DNA of 64,000 nucleotides, taken from an uncultured virus (IMG/VR IMGVR_UViG_3300042363_000251) (Duplodnaviria > Heunggongvirae > Uroviricota > Caudoviricetes). A program made the translations under genes and the position numbers. A model generated the notes under the pieces. That model did not search any database. It worked only from the letters and a program-made list of their open reading frames with translations, and was not told the DNA's origin. This document shows, piece after piece, positions 41,057-50,508 of this stretch (the first letter of the stretch is position 1; each line of letters starts with the position of its first letter). The stretch lies in the IMG/VR virus record IMGVR_UViG_3300042363_000251, one strand, 5' to 3'.

Positions 41057-41107
41057 AAGATATAACTTTCCATAATAGTGTTATATCTTATTTATCTTTA
41101 ATACATA

Positions 41108-41806
41108 CTAAACGAACTGAGTGTAGTACTGCTCTAAACGTTTGAACCATTCGTTAACATAGTGGTCATACTCTATACCTTCTATAATAAATTCTTGATA
41201 CTCGTTGTCTTTAGTACACATAAGGATAACTCCCTTGCGTATGTTAGTGTTAAACATTTCATTATGTGCTGATCCGTATGCAGCTAATTGGATAAAATAA
41301 TCTTCAATCCATTCACGTTTCTTGGCTTTATTAGCTTGTTTAAAGTCCATGATAGCTTCTTGATTATCATGAACTCCTGCTAAGTCAGTAGTACCTGCAT
41401 ACATTTCTGGAAAATAAAGACTGGCTTCAGTAGCCCAAAATTCATTACATTTAGACAAACCTTGTTCAATAATAGACTGAGCCATTAAATGACTTTGTTG
41501 ACTATAGGGGTTGGAGCCAGGATCACCGGTAGCACCAAGCTTTACATAATTCTCTAACCACTTGTGCATACGAGTACCGCGACCAGCAGCTTCGGTAGTT
41601 ATAGCTTGTGCTTGTTTATGACCTACACGGTTACGCCAGTTTTGTAATGCTTTTTTTGCTTCTTCAGGTTTAGTAGCGTCTAAAATAGTTGTTACAGAGG
41701 GGACAGCGAATCCGTCGGGAGTTATATACTTTCTAGCTCCGTTTAGCGTTTCTCTTTTTAGTTCTTTATAGTTAAATTTGTTAGGATTGTACATTGGGTT
41801 CATCAA
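41108..41806 (-). CDS. PD-(D/E)xK exonuclease (phage exonuclease / Cas4-like superfamily)
   Basis: PSVTTIL, RGTRMHKWLE, EASL, YAGTTD, IMDFK, YFIQLAAY. Confidence 0.88.
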   Translation of the reverse strand: MMNPMYNPNKFNYKELKRETLNGARKYITPDGFAVPSVTTILDATKPEEAKKALQNWRNRVGHKQAQAITTEAAGRGTRMHKWLENYVKLGATGDPGSNPYSQQSHLMAQSIIEQGLSKCNEFWATEASLYFPEMYAGTTDLAGVHDNQEAIMDFKQANKAKKREWIEDYFIQLAAYGSAHNEMFNTNIRKGVILMCTKDNEYQEFIIEGIEYDHYVNEWFKRLEQYYTQFV

Positions 41807-42123
41807 ATTGTAAAACTCTCACCACAGCCGCATCGGGCTTTTTCATTCGGGTTTGTAAATTCAAATCCTTCGTTAAAATCTAATTTCTTATAATCTATTG
41901 CTAGACCAGAAACATAGACAAGTGATTTTTCAGTTATAAAAACAGAAAAGGTTTCAAACTTAAATTCATGATCAGTTGAATCAGCTACATCAACGAATTC
42001 TAAGACATAAGAAAATCCACTACATCCTGTGGATTTTACACCTATTCTTATACCGAGGCCTGAACCTCTTTTCTCTAGTTGTGATTTTACTCTGTCTGTC
42101 GCAGTATCGGATAATTTAATCAT
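41803..42123 (-). CDS. iscA: A-type Fe-S cluster carrier IscA/HesB
   Basis: GCSGFSY and NPNEKARCGCGESF. Confidence 0.93.
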   Translation of the reverse strand: MIKLSDTATDRVKSQLEKRGSGLGIRIGVKSTGCSGFSYVLEFVDVADSTDHEFKFETFSVFITEKSLVYVSGLAIDYKKLDFNEGFEFTNPNEKARCGCGESFTI

Positions 42124-42166
42124 AGTGTATTATACAAAAGAAATAAGAAAGACACAACAAAATAGG

Positions 42167-42496
42167 CTATTTCATTGCGCTTTTAGCCATTTGAGCTACA
42201 GTTTTTTCTTGTTCGGATTCTTGATTGGGGTTTTCTGAATCATCAGATTGTCCTTTGAAAACAACTTTATCGCCTTGTATATTGGTAATAACTTGTTTTA
42301 AAGGAGGAACTTGTATCATGTTGTACAAGTCAGTTACATCTAGGATTATATCATATTCTTGAAAATAATCTAATAACTGATCTGTAGTCATACCAAAATT
42401 TAATTTGTTATTTTCCAAATCAGTTTTTAGTTGGTCGGTTACCGCAACAAGTTTTGCGCTAAGACCTGGGTCTGTTTCAAGTTCAAAAAGACGCAT
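42167..42496 (-). CDS. Hypothetical late protein
   Basis: 109-aa ORF, coupled to the upstream gene. Confidence 0.65.
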   Translation of the reverse strand: MRLFELETDPGLSAKLVAVTDQLKTDLENNKLNFGMTTDQLLDYFQEYDIILDVTDLYNMIQVPPLKQVITNIQGDKVVFKGQSDDSENPNQESEQEKTVAQMAKSAMK

Positions 42497-43185
42497 TATC
42501 TTTTTGCTCTACCTACTCCGCCTACAGCAGCTTGTTCAGGTTCTTCAATGTCCAAATCCATGTCAATATCAGCACCGTCATCCATACCAAGATCATCTGC
42601 TGGCGCTAATTCATCCATACTTTGATCAGGTGCAGCAAATGAATCCATTCCACCTTGACCAGTGATTGTACCTAATGCTCCTTGTAAAGAAGTTTTAGTT
42701 GTTAACAAAGCATCATTTAAGGTTTGTAAAGAACTGCTAGCTTGATCATTGAACTGAGTGCTTTCATTTGCACCAATTTCAGATTGAATGCTGCTTACTA
42801 ATGCAGGAAGTTCTTTAACCAACATATCGTTAACATCTTCGTACATCTTTTGTACAGTATCAATCATGTCTTGCGCAGCTAAGATTACTTGTGACTTTTC
42901 AACTTCTTCATTTTCAAAAACAATACGAGGACTAGGTCTGTTAAGTAAATCAATGTAATGAGAATTCAATGCTTGTTCCATGAAAACAAGTTTCATGTAG
43001 CTTGGGGAAGTTTGATTTTTATAGAAATCAGCAGCTTGCTTAGATTCTTTAATAAGTGAAGATACTTTAGTCAACATAGTTTTTGTTTTTATCTTATCCA
43101 AAGAGGATACATCAAAGTTGACACTAAAGCTTTCTTTTAGTGCTGTTTTAGCATAATTCTTGTTTTCTAAGTCATTTAGTTTCAT
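42496..43185 (-). CDS. Hypothetical late (possible head/scaffold) protein
   Basis: Helical, acidic tail, LKE/IKE/FEN motifs; late motif upstream. Confidence 0.6.
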   Translation of the reverse strand: MKLNDLENKNYAKTALKESFSVNFDVSSLDKIKTKTMLTKVSSLIKESKQAADFYKNQTSPSYMKLVFMEQALNSHYIDLLNRPSPRIVFENEEVEKSQVILAAQDMIDTVQKMYEDVNDMLVKELPALVSSIQSEIGANESTQFNDQASSSLQTLNDALLTTKTSLQGALGTITGQGGMDSFAAPDQSMDELAPADDLGMDDGADIDMDLDIEEPEQAAVGGVGRAKR

Positions 43186-43205
43186 AATATTGTTCCAATG
43201 TTGAT

Positions 43206-43706
43206 TTAGTATTTATCTTTTCTCGCTAGATTAGCAGTGTTAAACTTTTTAGTTTGCCACTCTTTAGAAATATTTATATATCTATTTAGTTGTTTAAGCA
43301 GTATTTTTTTCTTTAAGTTATCTTCTTCTATCTTAGTAACATAGATATCGCGGAATTTATCATCTTTAGTACTGTTAAGAATCTTGCTTTTTTGTAATAA
43401 GTCTATTTCTAAACTACTTAACTTAAAGTCCAATTGTTCAATATTCTTACATTCCATTGCTTTTTTCAATTCTTTGAACACGCACCAAGTAACTGCGGTT
43501 TTTAAGGTACTGAATATTTTTTCTTGGTCATTATCATCTATTAATAATCTATAATGGTTGTCTTTTTTAAGTGCTGCGTATTTTCCAAATAATATATAAC
43601 TGTTACTATCTATGGGTAATACTATCATGTTCATAGTTTTATTGTTTTTATCAAGTATTTGGTTTTCTAAAAACTTTTCAACTTTAATCTGTTTGTTTTT
43701 CTTCAT
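43206..43706 (-). CDS. Hypothetical protein
   Basis: 166-aa basic ORF with ATGA overlap. Confidence 0.65.
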   Translation of the reverse strand: MKKNKQIKVEKFLENQILDKNNKTMNMIVLPIDSNSYILFGKYAALKKDNHYRLLIDDNDQEKIFSTLKTAVTWCVFKELKKAMECKNIEQLDFKLSSLEIDLLQKSKILNSTKDDKFRDIYVTKIEEDNLKKKILLKQLNRYINISKEWQTKKFNTANLARKDKY

Positions 43707-44140
43707 ATAATCTCAAAATGTATATTCTTTAATTCGGGACTAATGTTTAAAAATGTAGGTAAGTTACTTATTTCTAAACTGTCTTTTATCATAGGAACAT
43801 TATCACAATCTGTGTATAACGAACCCAATTCATCTATGCCATTATCAAAAACGCTTGAATGATGTACTTCAAATTCAAAAGACCAGCAATATACCTTTTC
43901 TTTAGACAAGTATAATAATCCAAACTTATTAAATTCACTTAAGTTTATTTCTAACTTTTGAGGATCTTTTAACAGTTCAGGTTGTGATCGCAATGATATA
44001 ATCTGTAGTATTGTATCAAAATTACATTGTGTATTTCTAGATTGCAACCAAGCTGCTACATCATCACTTGGCTTAGTGCGATTAGTCGTGCCGGTTCGTG
44101 TGATATTGAATAATGTATAACATCTAATTCTATGTGACAT
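43703..44140 (-). CDS. Hypothetical protein (start revised to 44140, MSHRIRC)
   Basis: TAAATA at 44146-44151 lies 5 nt upstream of the ATG at 44140. Confidence 0.65.
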   Translation of the reverse strand: MSHRIRCYTLFNITRTGTTNRTKPSDDVAAWLQSRNTQCNFDTILQIISLRSQPELLKDPQKLEINLSEFNKFGLLYLSKEKVYCWSFEFEVHHSSVFDNGIDELGSLYTDCDNVPMIKDSLEISNLPTFLNISPELKNIHFEII

Positions 44141-44157
44141 AGATATATTTATTGGCA

Positions 44158-44190
44158 TAAAAAAACCCTGAGAAAAACTCAGGGTCTTTT
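44158..44190 (-). terminator. Intrinsic terminator
   Basis: ACCCTGAG-N5-CTCAGGGT with a T-run on the minus strand. Confidence 0.82.
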
Positions 44191-44211
44191 GTGTTGCGAT
44201 TAACTAATAAA

Positions 44212-44601
44212 TTAGTTTGTGAATGTTGCAGTCGCAGCAATAGATACAGCTTCACCGCATGCAGCAGTCAATTCAGCATCAAGTGAACCAGCAGCAGTAG
44301 CAGTTACATCGCCCCATGCACCAATTGGGTACATAGCTACTGCTAAAGTGTCGTTAGTATCAGTAGTGAACTCATACATGTAAATTGTTGCTAATTGCTG
44401 AATAGTATTCACAGCAGCAAGAATCTGTGCACCAGTAGTACCGGTACCGGTAAAGGTAATAGTTGCAAACTCAAGCTTTGGGCCCTGTGGCTGAACAGAA
44501 GCTGCTGAAGTTACAGTGTTAACACCAGTGTTAGTGTATGCTGCGCTGTCTAAGTGTAGAACTGGTTTAAAGTCACCATTGACTCTTGTAAATTGTGCCA
44601 T
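44212..44601 (-). CDS. Small, probably abundant virion protein (possible capsid decoration)
   Basis: Own late promoter motif, AAAGGA SD and terminator; A/T-rich composition. Confidence 0.55.
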   Translation of the reverse strand: MAQFTRVNGDFKPVLHLDSAAYTNTGVNTVTSAASVQPQGPKLEFATITFTGTGTTGAQILAAVNTIQQLATIYMYEFTTDTNDTLAVAMYPIGAWGDVTATAAGSLDAELTAACGEAVSIAATATFTN

Positions 44602-44686
44602 TTTAAATATCCTTTAAATGTTTTGAAGCCTACTGCTCCATACAAATATTTATGCCAAATAGAAAAAAATGCTGGTTTAGGATATA

Positions 44687-46540
44687 TTATTTGTTAAAAT
44701 GGGCAGCTCCAAAACGCTGTCTGTCTACTATTTTAACTAAACCTGAATCAGTAGGAAATACGAATCCTTCTCCGCCTTTTTGCCCACCTGACGACTGTTC
44801 AAAGCCTTGAACTTGGTTTTCAAGTTGATTGGATACATTAACTTTTAGTTTGTATATTGCATTCCACACTTTGACAAGAGCATTCAATCCTTCTGCGTTT
44901 TGCTGTAAATAACCAGTACCGTCAGTTCCTACTAAGAAGTTATACTGTGATTTACTGATATTTTGAGATAACCATGGTACTAACTTATCGTTAGTTTGCT
45001 TGGTTATTTTATGATTCATGTATTTCTTTAATGCTTCACGCGCAACGCTACTAAGTCCGCTTAAAAAGTCGTCTATAACTTTACTGTTTGTTGATAACAC
45101 GCTTTCAGCATCATTAATTAGTTTAGCAGGAGGCTTAATATTGAATGTAACTCCGGCAGAAGCAGGTATCAAAGCTACATTAGATTTATTCATTGCTGGC
45201 TCACCGCGCCATGGTTTGTTATCAAACTCGTGAACGATTAAGAAGCCTACTTTTCCTTGAAGTTGTTTACCAAGATCAGACTCAACTGGTATGCGATACT
45301 CTACAGTAACCGGTTTAAACACAAAGTATCCGTTTTGTGGTTTGGGATTAATAGCCATTAAATCACTTTTAAATAAACCAGTAGTTCCAGATACAGCTTG
45401 CTTTAGTCCGGGCCATAATAAATCAATCTTTTCGTATAAGTCGTTTCTATTTGCGCCGCGCTGTTGATCATATTCAACCCATTCTTCGGGGCTAGTAGGA
45501 TACACACCTTTGTTTGGCATGTACTTGTCAGTAACAACAAATCTACCGTCAGGTAAGTTACCAAAGTATAATGCTATCCCGCCGTCCCATTTAATACTAC
45601 CAGATTCTGGACTACTAATAGCTTGTTTGAGTGCATTTAAATATTGTTTTGCACTGTCGCCACCGTCAAAAATAGCATCTTCAGGATGAGGTATTCTAGG
45701 TCCTTTAGCTTCTTCAGTAATAAAAGAATTTTCTACAACTAAATTTCTAAACTTTGTTATGATATCGTATGCGCTTTCGTTAGCAGTATCGTTAAACTTG
45801 GGAGGTGTTATGCCACTTCTTGCTGCATATTCTTCAAAGTCTTTTAATTTTTGTTGTTTGTTGGGATCATTTTTTAGTTTCTTATAGATGTTTTCTACTG
45901 AACTCATATCATCAAGTGTACCATCTTTACCAAACAACAGTTTAGTAGCTACTTCTGGATCTAGTGTTACTAGTTCTCCGGTAGCTCTGTCAACTACGCC
46001 TTTGCCACTCAAACGCAATCCTTGAGGATGTTCACTAGTGATCGTGCCTTTAGCTACGCTGTTTAATGCTACTTCTCTAAATACACCTTTGTATTCGCTA
46101 GGGCTTCTCATACCTCCGCTAAGCAACCATGTTTCCCATTCAAGATTGTTTAAAAACATAAAATCTGTTTGAACAAACCCTTTTTCAAAATTGCCTTCTA
46201 TTGGTGTTGCAAAGTGTACAGATATACCAGACTTTTTTACAAAGTCTTTTGGATCAAGATTATTTTGCGTAGCCCATGATTTTAGTTTGCTTTCTAGCTC
46301 TGCTTTACTTACTTCATTCGCATTTACTGCTAAGTCTAGATCACCGCTAGTAGATTTTCTACCAGTAGAACCCAACCATTTAGCGGGTAAACCATCTTTA
46401 GCTTTTTCTTTAGTTAAATCTAATCCAGTAATACTTTCTAACCAATTAATAGTAGGCGCAACTTCATTCTGATTTATACGTCTAGTTAGCTCAGTACCGT
46501 CTTGTTGTTTAAAGATGTTTCCGCCTTCAGATATAAACAC
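44687..46540 (-). CDS. Pol-beta-superfamily nucleotidyltransferase fused to an RNA-ligase-like (DUF6267-like) domain
   Basis: LGSTG..STSGDLDLAV...VQTDFMF, then HPEDAIF, KWDG, SDLM, EGFV, VKIV; GTG start. Confidence 0.7.
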   Translation of the reverse strand: MFISEGGNIFKQQDGTELTRRINQNEVAPTINWLESITGLDLTKEKAKDGLPAKWLGSTGRKSTSGDLDLAVNANEVSKAELESKLKSWATQNNLDPKDFVKKSGISVHFATPIEGNFEKGFVQTDFMFLNNLEWETWLLSGGMRSPSEYKGVFREVALNSVAKGTITSEHPQGLRLSGKGVVDRATGELVTLDPEVATKLLFGKDGTLDDMSSVENIYKKLKNDPNKQQKLKDFEEYAARSGITPPKFNDTANESAYDIITKFRNLVVENSFITEEAKGPRIPHPEDAIFDGGDSAKQYLNALKQAISSPESGSIKWDGGIALYFGNLPDGRFVVTDKYMPNKGVYPTSPEEWVEYDQQRGANRNDLYEKIDLLWPGLKQAVSGTTGLFKSDLMAINPKPQNGYFVFKPVTVEYRIPVESDLGKQLQGKVGFLIVHEFDNKPWRGEPAMNKSNVALIPASAGVTFNIKPPAKLINDAESVLSTNSKVIDDFLSGLSSVAREALKKYMNHKITKQTNDKLVPWLSQNISKSQYNFLVGTDGTGYLQQNAEGLNALVKVWNAIYKLKVNVSNQLENQVQGFEQSSGGQKGGEGFVFPTDSGLVKIVDRQRFGAAHFNK

Positions 46541-46564
46541 TATTATCTACTTCCTTATTAAATT

Positions 46565-46813
46565 TTAATTGTCTTCATCTTTTTTTCTTAAAGACTTAGA
46601 AAATCTTTCTTGGTCTCGACCCTTAATAGCACTTAGCAGTTTTCTTTCTAGTAGCTCAGCTTTTTCAGAGGAATAATGCTTTTTCATCAATTCTAACAGA
46701 TTGATAGCACTTGAAATAACGTTGTTAGCACGGTTTTCAATAAGAAGATTAACATCCTTATTGTTGCCTATACTTTCTAGTTCTTCTAAGAGACTGCGCG
46801 TTTTTTTCTGCAT
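46565..46813 (-). CDS. Hypothetical late protein
   Basis: 82-aa ORF; GATAAATA upstream. Confidence 0.7.
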   Translation of the reverse strand: MQKKTRSLLEELESIGNNKDVNLLIENRANNVISSAINLLELMKKHYSSEKAELLERKLLSAIKGRDQERFSKSLRKKDEDN

Positions 46814-46843
46814 AGCAATAACCTTTATTATATTTATCTTAGA

Positions 46844-48262
46844 TTAATTATTCTTTAAGGAGTTTAGCATGTTTCTTAGCTTAGAACCTTGAACATCTGC
46901 TACTACTTTTTTCTCAGATTGTTGAATTTCACCAGTGTTAGCATCAATAGTTTCATTTTGAGATACTGTACTTACAGTTTTAATTTTGTTCATAATATCT
47001 GTAGCGGATTGACGATACCCAGCATTTTCATCACCGCCTTCATCTGTAATTCTCATAGTATCAATGTTATATTCTAAGTCAATCTTTTGACCAACACCAG
47101 TAGAACTACGTGATTTCATACACTGAATTTGATACTTGCCTCGCTCTTTCATTGATCTGCTAGTAAAGATACCAAACACATAGTCAGCAGTGTTAATCTT
47201 AGAAATACCACCTGCAATATGACTATGATCAAATTCAATTTCTTCTACAGCCGATCTGTTTAGCTGTGATGCTGTAACCATTAAAACACCTAACTCTTTA
47301 GACAAGTTTCTTAATTCTTCACTAACATACTTGTCTTTGATAAACTGATCATTAGGATTTACTTTAACACTAACAGGCATTACTAGATCCAAGTAATCAA
47401 TCATTACAAAGTCTATTAGCATACCTGTTTGTATTTGTACTTCTTTAATATAACTTCTGATTACGTTTACGTTGCTTTGTGCAGGAAGACCTTTAACACG
47501 ATACTTACCTGACTTTTTAGCAGCCATTTTTACTTTTAATTCTACTGTGTCTAAGTCTTTACGAATATCTTTAGTGCTCATGCTAGTTAACATAGCATCA
47601 GTTCTTAAAGCCGTTAGCTCTTCAGACAATTCAAGTGTAATATAAACACCGCTTAATCCTTGTGCTAAAAAGTTCACAGCCAAGTTCATCATTACAAGTG
47701 ACTTACCTGATCCTGAACCACCTGCAAAGATGTTTAGTTCGCCCCTAGACATACCACCATACATAACTTTGTCTAGTTGAGGCCACCCTGTGCTTACTTG
47801 ACCGCCTTGATTAAAGTATCTGTTTAATCGTTCTTTAGGATCAGCAAAGTAATCTGTACCATAATCACGCATTAAAGAAATTTGTACCGCATCTTTGATC
47901 AGTTTTTCAACTGGATCATATTCACCCTTTTCTAATAACTCTGCTGCTTTTAAGATTGCTCGTTCTAGTTCTTGTCTTTTTGTAAAGTGTTCAAACTCAG
48001 TTAAGAAAAACTCGGTATGCCCTGCTGAGTCAAGTTCAGGGATTAGTTCAATTTCTATACCAGTAGTAGCTTTGATTTGCGTAGGATCAGGCAACACATT
48101 GTATTTTTGTGAATGTTCTACTATAAACTCTGCTGCCGCCCTAACTGATCTGTCAAAGTTTAGTGGGTTCATGATGTTCATTACCCTAGTATATAACTCA
48201 GGGTTAGTGATCATCATACGCAAAAATAGCGTTTGTACTTCGGGGTTAAATTCTTTTAACAA
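46844..48262 (-). CDS. gp41: Replicative DnaB-like helicase (T4 gp41-like)
   Basis: STGWPQLD, GGSGSGKS, YITLEL, IDYLD, TASQLNR, KSR. Confidence 0.93.
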   Translation of the reverse strand: MLKEFNPEVQTLFLRMMITNPELYTRVMNIMNPLNFDRSVRAAAEFIVEHSQKYNVLPDPTQIKATTGIEIELIPELDSAGHTEFFLTEFEHFTKRQELERAILKAAELLEKGEYDPVEKLIKDAVQISLMRDYGTDYFADPKERLNRYFNQGGQVSTGWPQLDKVMYGGMSRGELNIFAGGSGSGKSLVMMNLAVNFLAQGLSGVYITLELSEELTALRTDAMLTSMSTKDIRKDLDTVELKVKMAAKKSGKYRVKGLPAQSNVNVIRSYIKEVQIQTGMLIDFVMIDYLDLVMPVSVKVNPNDQFIKDKYVSEELRNLSKELGVLMVTASQLNRSAVEEIEFDHSHIAGGISKINTADYVFGIFTSRSMKERGKYQIQCMKSRSSTGVGQKIDLEYNIDTMRITDEGGDENAGYRQSATDIMNKIKTVSTVSQNETIDANTGEIQQSEKKVVADVQGSKLRNMLNSLKNN

Positions 48263-49235
48263 GTTTTCGTTTCCTCATTTCTATTTTAATTTTGCTCATA
48301 GTTGCTGATTGTATAATACTTAGCAACACAGGTAATTTACCATATTTTACTACAGCTTCGTTTACATCTTTAATTGGTTTACCTTCATTGTTCAGTCCCC
48401 ATTCAGGTAAGCTTATTTGATATCCTAGCTCCATAGCTAGATCACATAACTCTAATCCTGTTTTGTCTTGATCAGGAACTACTATAATAGTTCTGTTTAA
48501 CCTTCTTAACAATTCTTGTTGTTCTAAACTGATTGTACTGGTACCCAAAGCACAACCATCTATACTTAGTGCATCAAATATACCTTCAACAACGATGCAA
48601 ATAGACCATTCAGGTTTTTGAAAGTCATAACCAAACAAATATCCTGTTGGTTGATCATTAAGATACTTTGGTTTTCTATCGTCTAAAAATCTACTTGTAT
48701 TACCAACAATCGTTCCTTTGTATGTAAAAGGAACAATGATTCTGTTTGAGTTTCGTCCGATATCTTCCGTAGTAACTAAAAAAGGATATTCATCGTGTTT
48801 TATTTTTCTATTATTTAAGTAGTCTATAAATCTAGTGTGTTTTGAATTGTTAATATCTAACACTTCACTATTATCGGGAAGTTCTTTTTCTTTAAAGTTG
48901 ATAGCTACATTTCTTACTGCGGGTGTAATATAGTCTAATATATCTTTATTTTGTAAACTTTCTAAACCGATCTTTGTGATCAAGCTTTCATCAGCGCCGC
49001 ACCATTTTAGAAATAATTTAGTGTTTGTAGATAACGGTTTACCCAACTCAAATCTACATTTGAAATGGCAGTTAAAGCAACTGTATGTAAAGTTGTAGTT
49101 GTCTTTGATTAAACCGCCACGCATTCTTTTATCGGGCTTATGTCCACGATAATGACAACAGGGTGAATTAAATGAAACCCAGCCCTTTGCTGTTGTTTTT
49201 CTTTTGCCGGGAATAATTGTTAATATATCAAACAT
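48246..49235 (-). CDS. gp61: DNA primase (T4 gp61-like)
   Basis: N-terminal Zn-binding Cys motifs, RIIVPF, PKYL, TOPRIM VEGIFDA and PDQD, KDVNE. Confidence 0.9.
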   Translation of the reverse strand: MFDILTIIPGKRKTTAKGWVSFNSPCCHYRGHKPDKRMRGGLIKDNYNFTYSCFNCHFKCRFELGKPLSTNTKLFLKWCGADESLITKIGLESLQNKDILDYITPAVRNVAINFKEKELPDNSEVLDINNSKHTRFIDYLNNRKIKHDEYPFLVTTEDIGRNSNRIIVPFTYKGTIVGNTSRFLDDRKPKYLNDQPTGYLFGYDFQKPEWSICIVVEGIFDALSIDGCALGTSTISLEQQELLRRLNRTIIVVPDQDKTGLELCDLAMELGYQISLPEWGLNNEGKPIKDVNEAVVKYGKLPVLLSIIQSATMSKIKIEMRKRKLVKRI

Positions 49236-49241
49236 TCATTG

Positions 49242-49269
49242 ATTATAGCAGATTTCTATAATAAATCAA
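49242..49269 (-). promoter_or_regulatory. Sigma70-type promoter (extended -10) for primase-helicase
   Basis: TTGATT-16nt-TATAAT with TGn extension, ending 6 nt before the ATG. Confidence 0.75.
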
Positions 49270-49273
49270 GACA

Positions 49274-50041
49274 TTACCTTGCCAAGATGTTGTCTACTTC
49301 GCCCTGATCACTGTTAAATTGTAATCTTACAAATGGATGAAATCCAATGATTGTATATCCTTTTGTATCAGTGATATTGGAATAATTATCACTTTCAATG
49401 ATAGTATACCATTCACCATCTGGTATTGTAGAACCCTGGATGACTACATTACCTTCGTATTCATTATATTGTGCTTGAACAGTAAGGATAGGATTATCTT
49501 GGGTGTTAACTACACTAGTATAATATGTGTAGTTAGACGTAGTATTTGGATATGTGTTCGGGAAGTCTTGACCACTTGGAATAGTAACTATTTCTGAAGG
49601 AACAAAGGAAGGTAATATAGAATTTACAATATTTAGATCACCCCTTGCTCCTGCATTTTGATCTATAAAAACAGGAAAATCAAATTGACCAGTGGGAATT
49701 TCTAAGCTATAATAAGCTTTTTGTGCTGAAATGTTTTCAATTTCTGCCGCATTTAAGTCTAATGTTGCTATTCCGGTCACGGGTAATTGTAGTGTTAATG
49801 CTTTACTAACAAGCACTTTTGTACCGTCACCGTTTATAATACGACAAGTAATAGACTTGCCCGTGATATTAACAGGTTTTTGTTCTTGATTTAAGAACTG
49901 AAAACGTAATTGATTATCAACCCCTTTGTGTAAACTTAATGGCTTTGAATATTGTGGCATATATATCCTACTTGAGTATCCGGTATCAATGATAACAATC
50001 TGTGACTGTATGTATGTAAAAACTTGTGTTGCATAGGACAT
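49274..50041 (-). CDS. Virion structural protein (baseplate-like Ig folds)
   Basis: LHKGVDNQLRFQFLNQEQKPVNITG resembles BppU-type N-terminal domains; late motif upstream. Confidence 0.55.
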   Translation of the reverse strand: MSYATQVFTYIQSQIVIIDTGYSSRIYMPQYSKPLSLHKGVDNQLRFQFLNQEQKPVNITGKSITCRIINGDGTKVLVSKALTLQLPVTGIATLDLNAAEIENISAQKAYYSLEIPTGQFDFPVFIDQNAGARGDLNIVNSILPSFVPSEIVTIPSGQDFPNTYPNTTSNYTYYTSVVNTQDNPILTVQAQYNEYEGNVVIQGSTIPDGEWYTIIESDNYSNITDTKGYTIIGFHPFVRLQFNSDQGEVDNILAR

Positions 50042-50124
50042 GTTATCATTAATACCTTTGTTTTATATATTTAGTCTTAATAAATTATTTGATTTGATTT
50101 CAAACGGGCATAAATATTAACAAT

Positions 50125-50505
50125 ATGAGTGCAGAAGATTTTTTCAAAAAATTAAGTGATAATCACCCGTTTATAACTGTGTGTCATTATGCCAGCCAAG
50201 ATTATGTAGGTATAGTACAAAATCGGGACGATATAGTTACCTCTATTTACGATTATGGATCAATAGTAGAGATAGGACTAAAAGAAAAGTTTTTAGAACT
50301 AGGTGACATTTGGTGGTGGGAATCAAATAGACTTATACCAATCAATATATTTTTGAAAGAAGATTGGGCCGTGTTCAAGCCATACTTACGAACATTTAAT
50401 AACAAAAGTTTAGCAATATTACACGGACCTACTGTCAGCATGACTGATTTAGGTAAGCGTAGATCAAAAAGAAGATCAATTACTTTAGTTAAACGCCTTT
50501 TCTAG
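50125..50505 (+). CDS. Hypothetical late protein
   Basis: 126-aa ORF; CATAAATA upstream; WWWESNRLIPINIFL. Confidence 0.7.
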   Translation: MSAEDFFKKLSDNHPFITVCHYASQDYVGIVQNRDDIVTSIYDYGSIVEIGLKEKFLELGDIWWWESNRLIPINIFLKEDWAVFKPYLRTFNNKSLAILHGPTVSMTDLGKRRSKRRSITLVKRLF

Positions 50506-50508
50506 CTC

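Noticed and set aside
41108..41806. CRISPR-associated Cas4
   Set aside because: No Fe-S cysteines, other cas genes or array; it reads as an ordinary phage exonuclease
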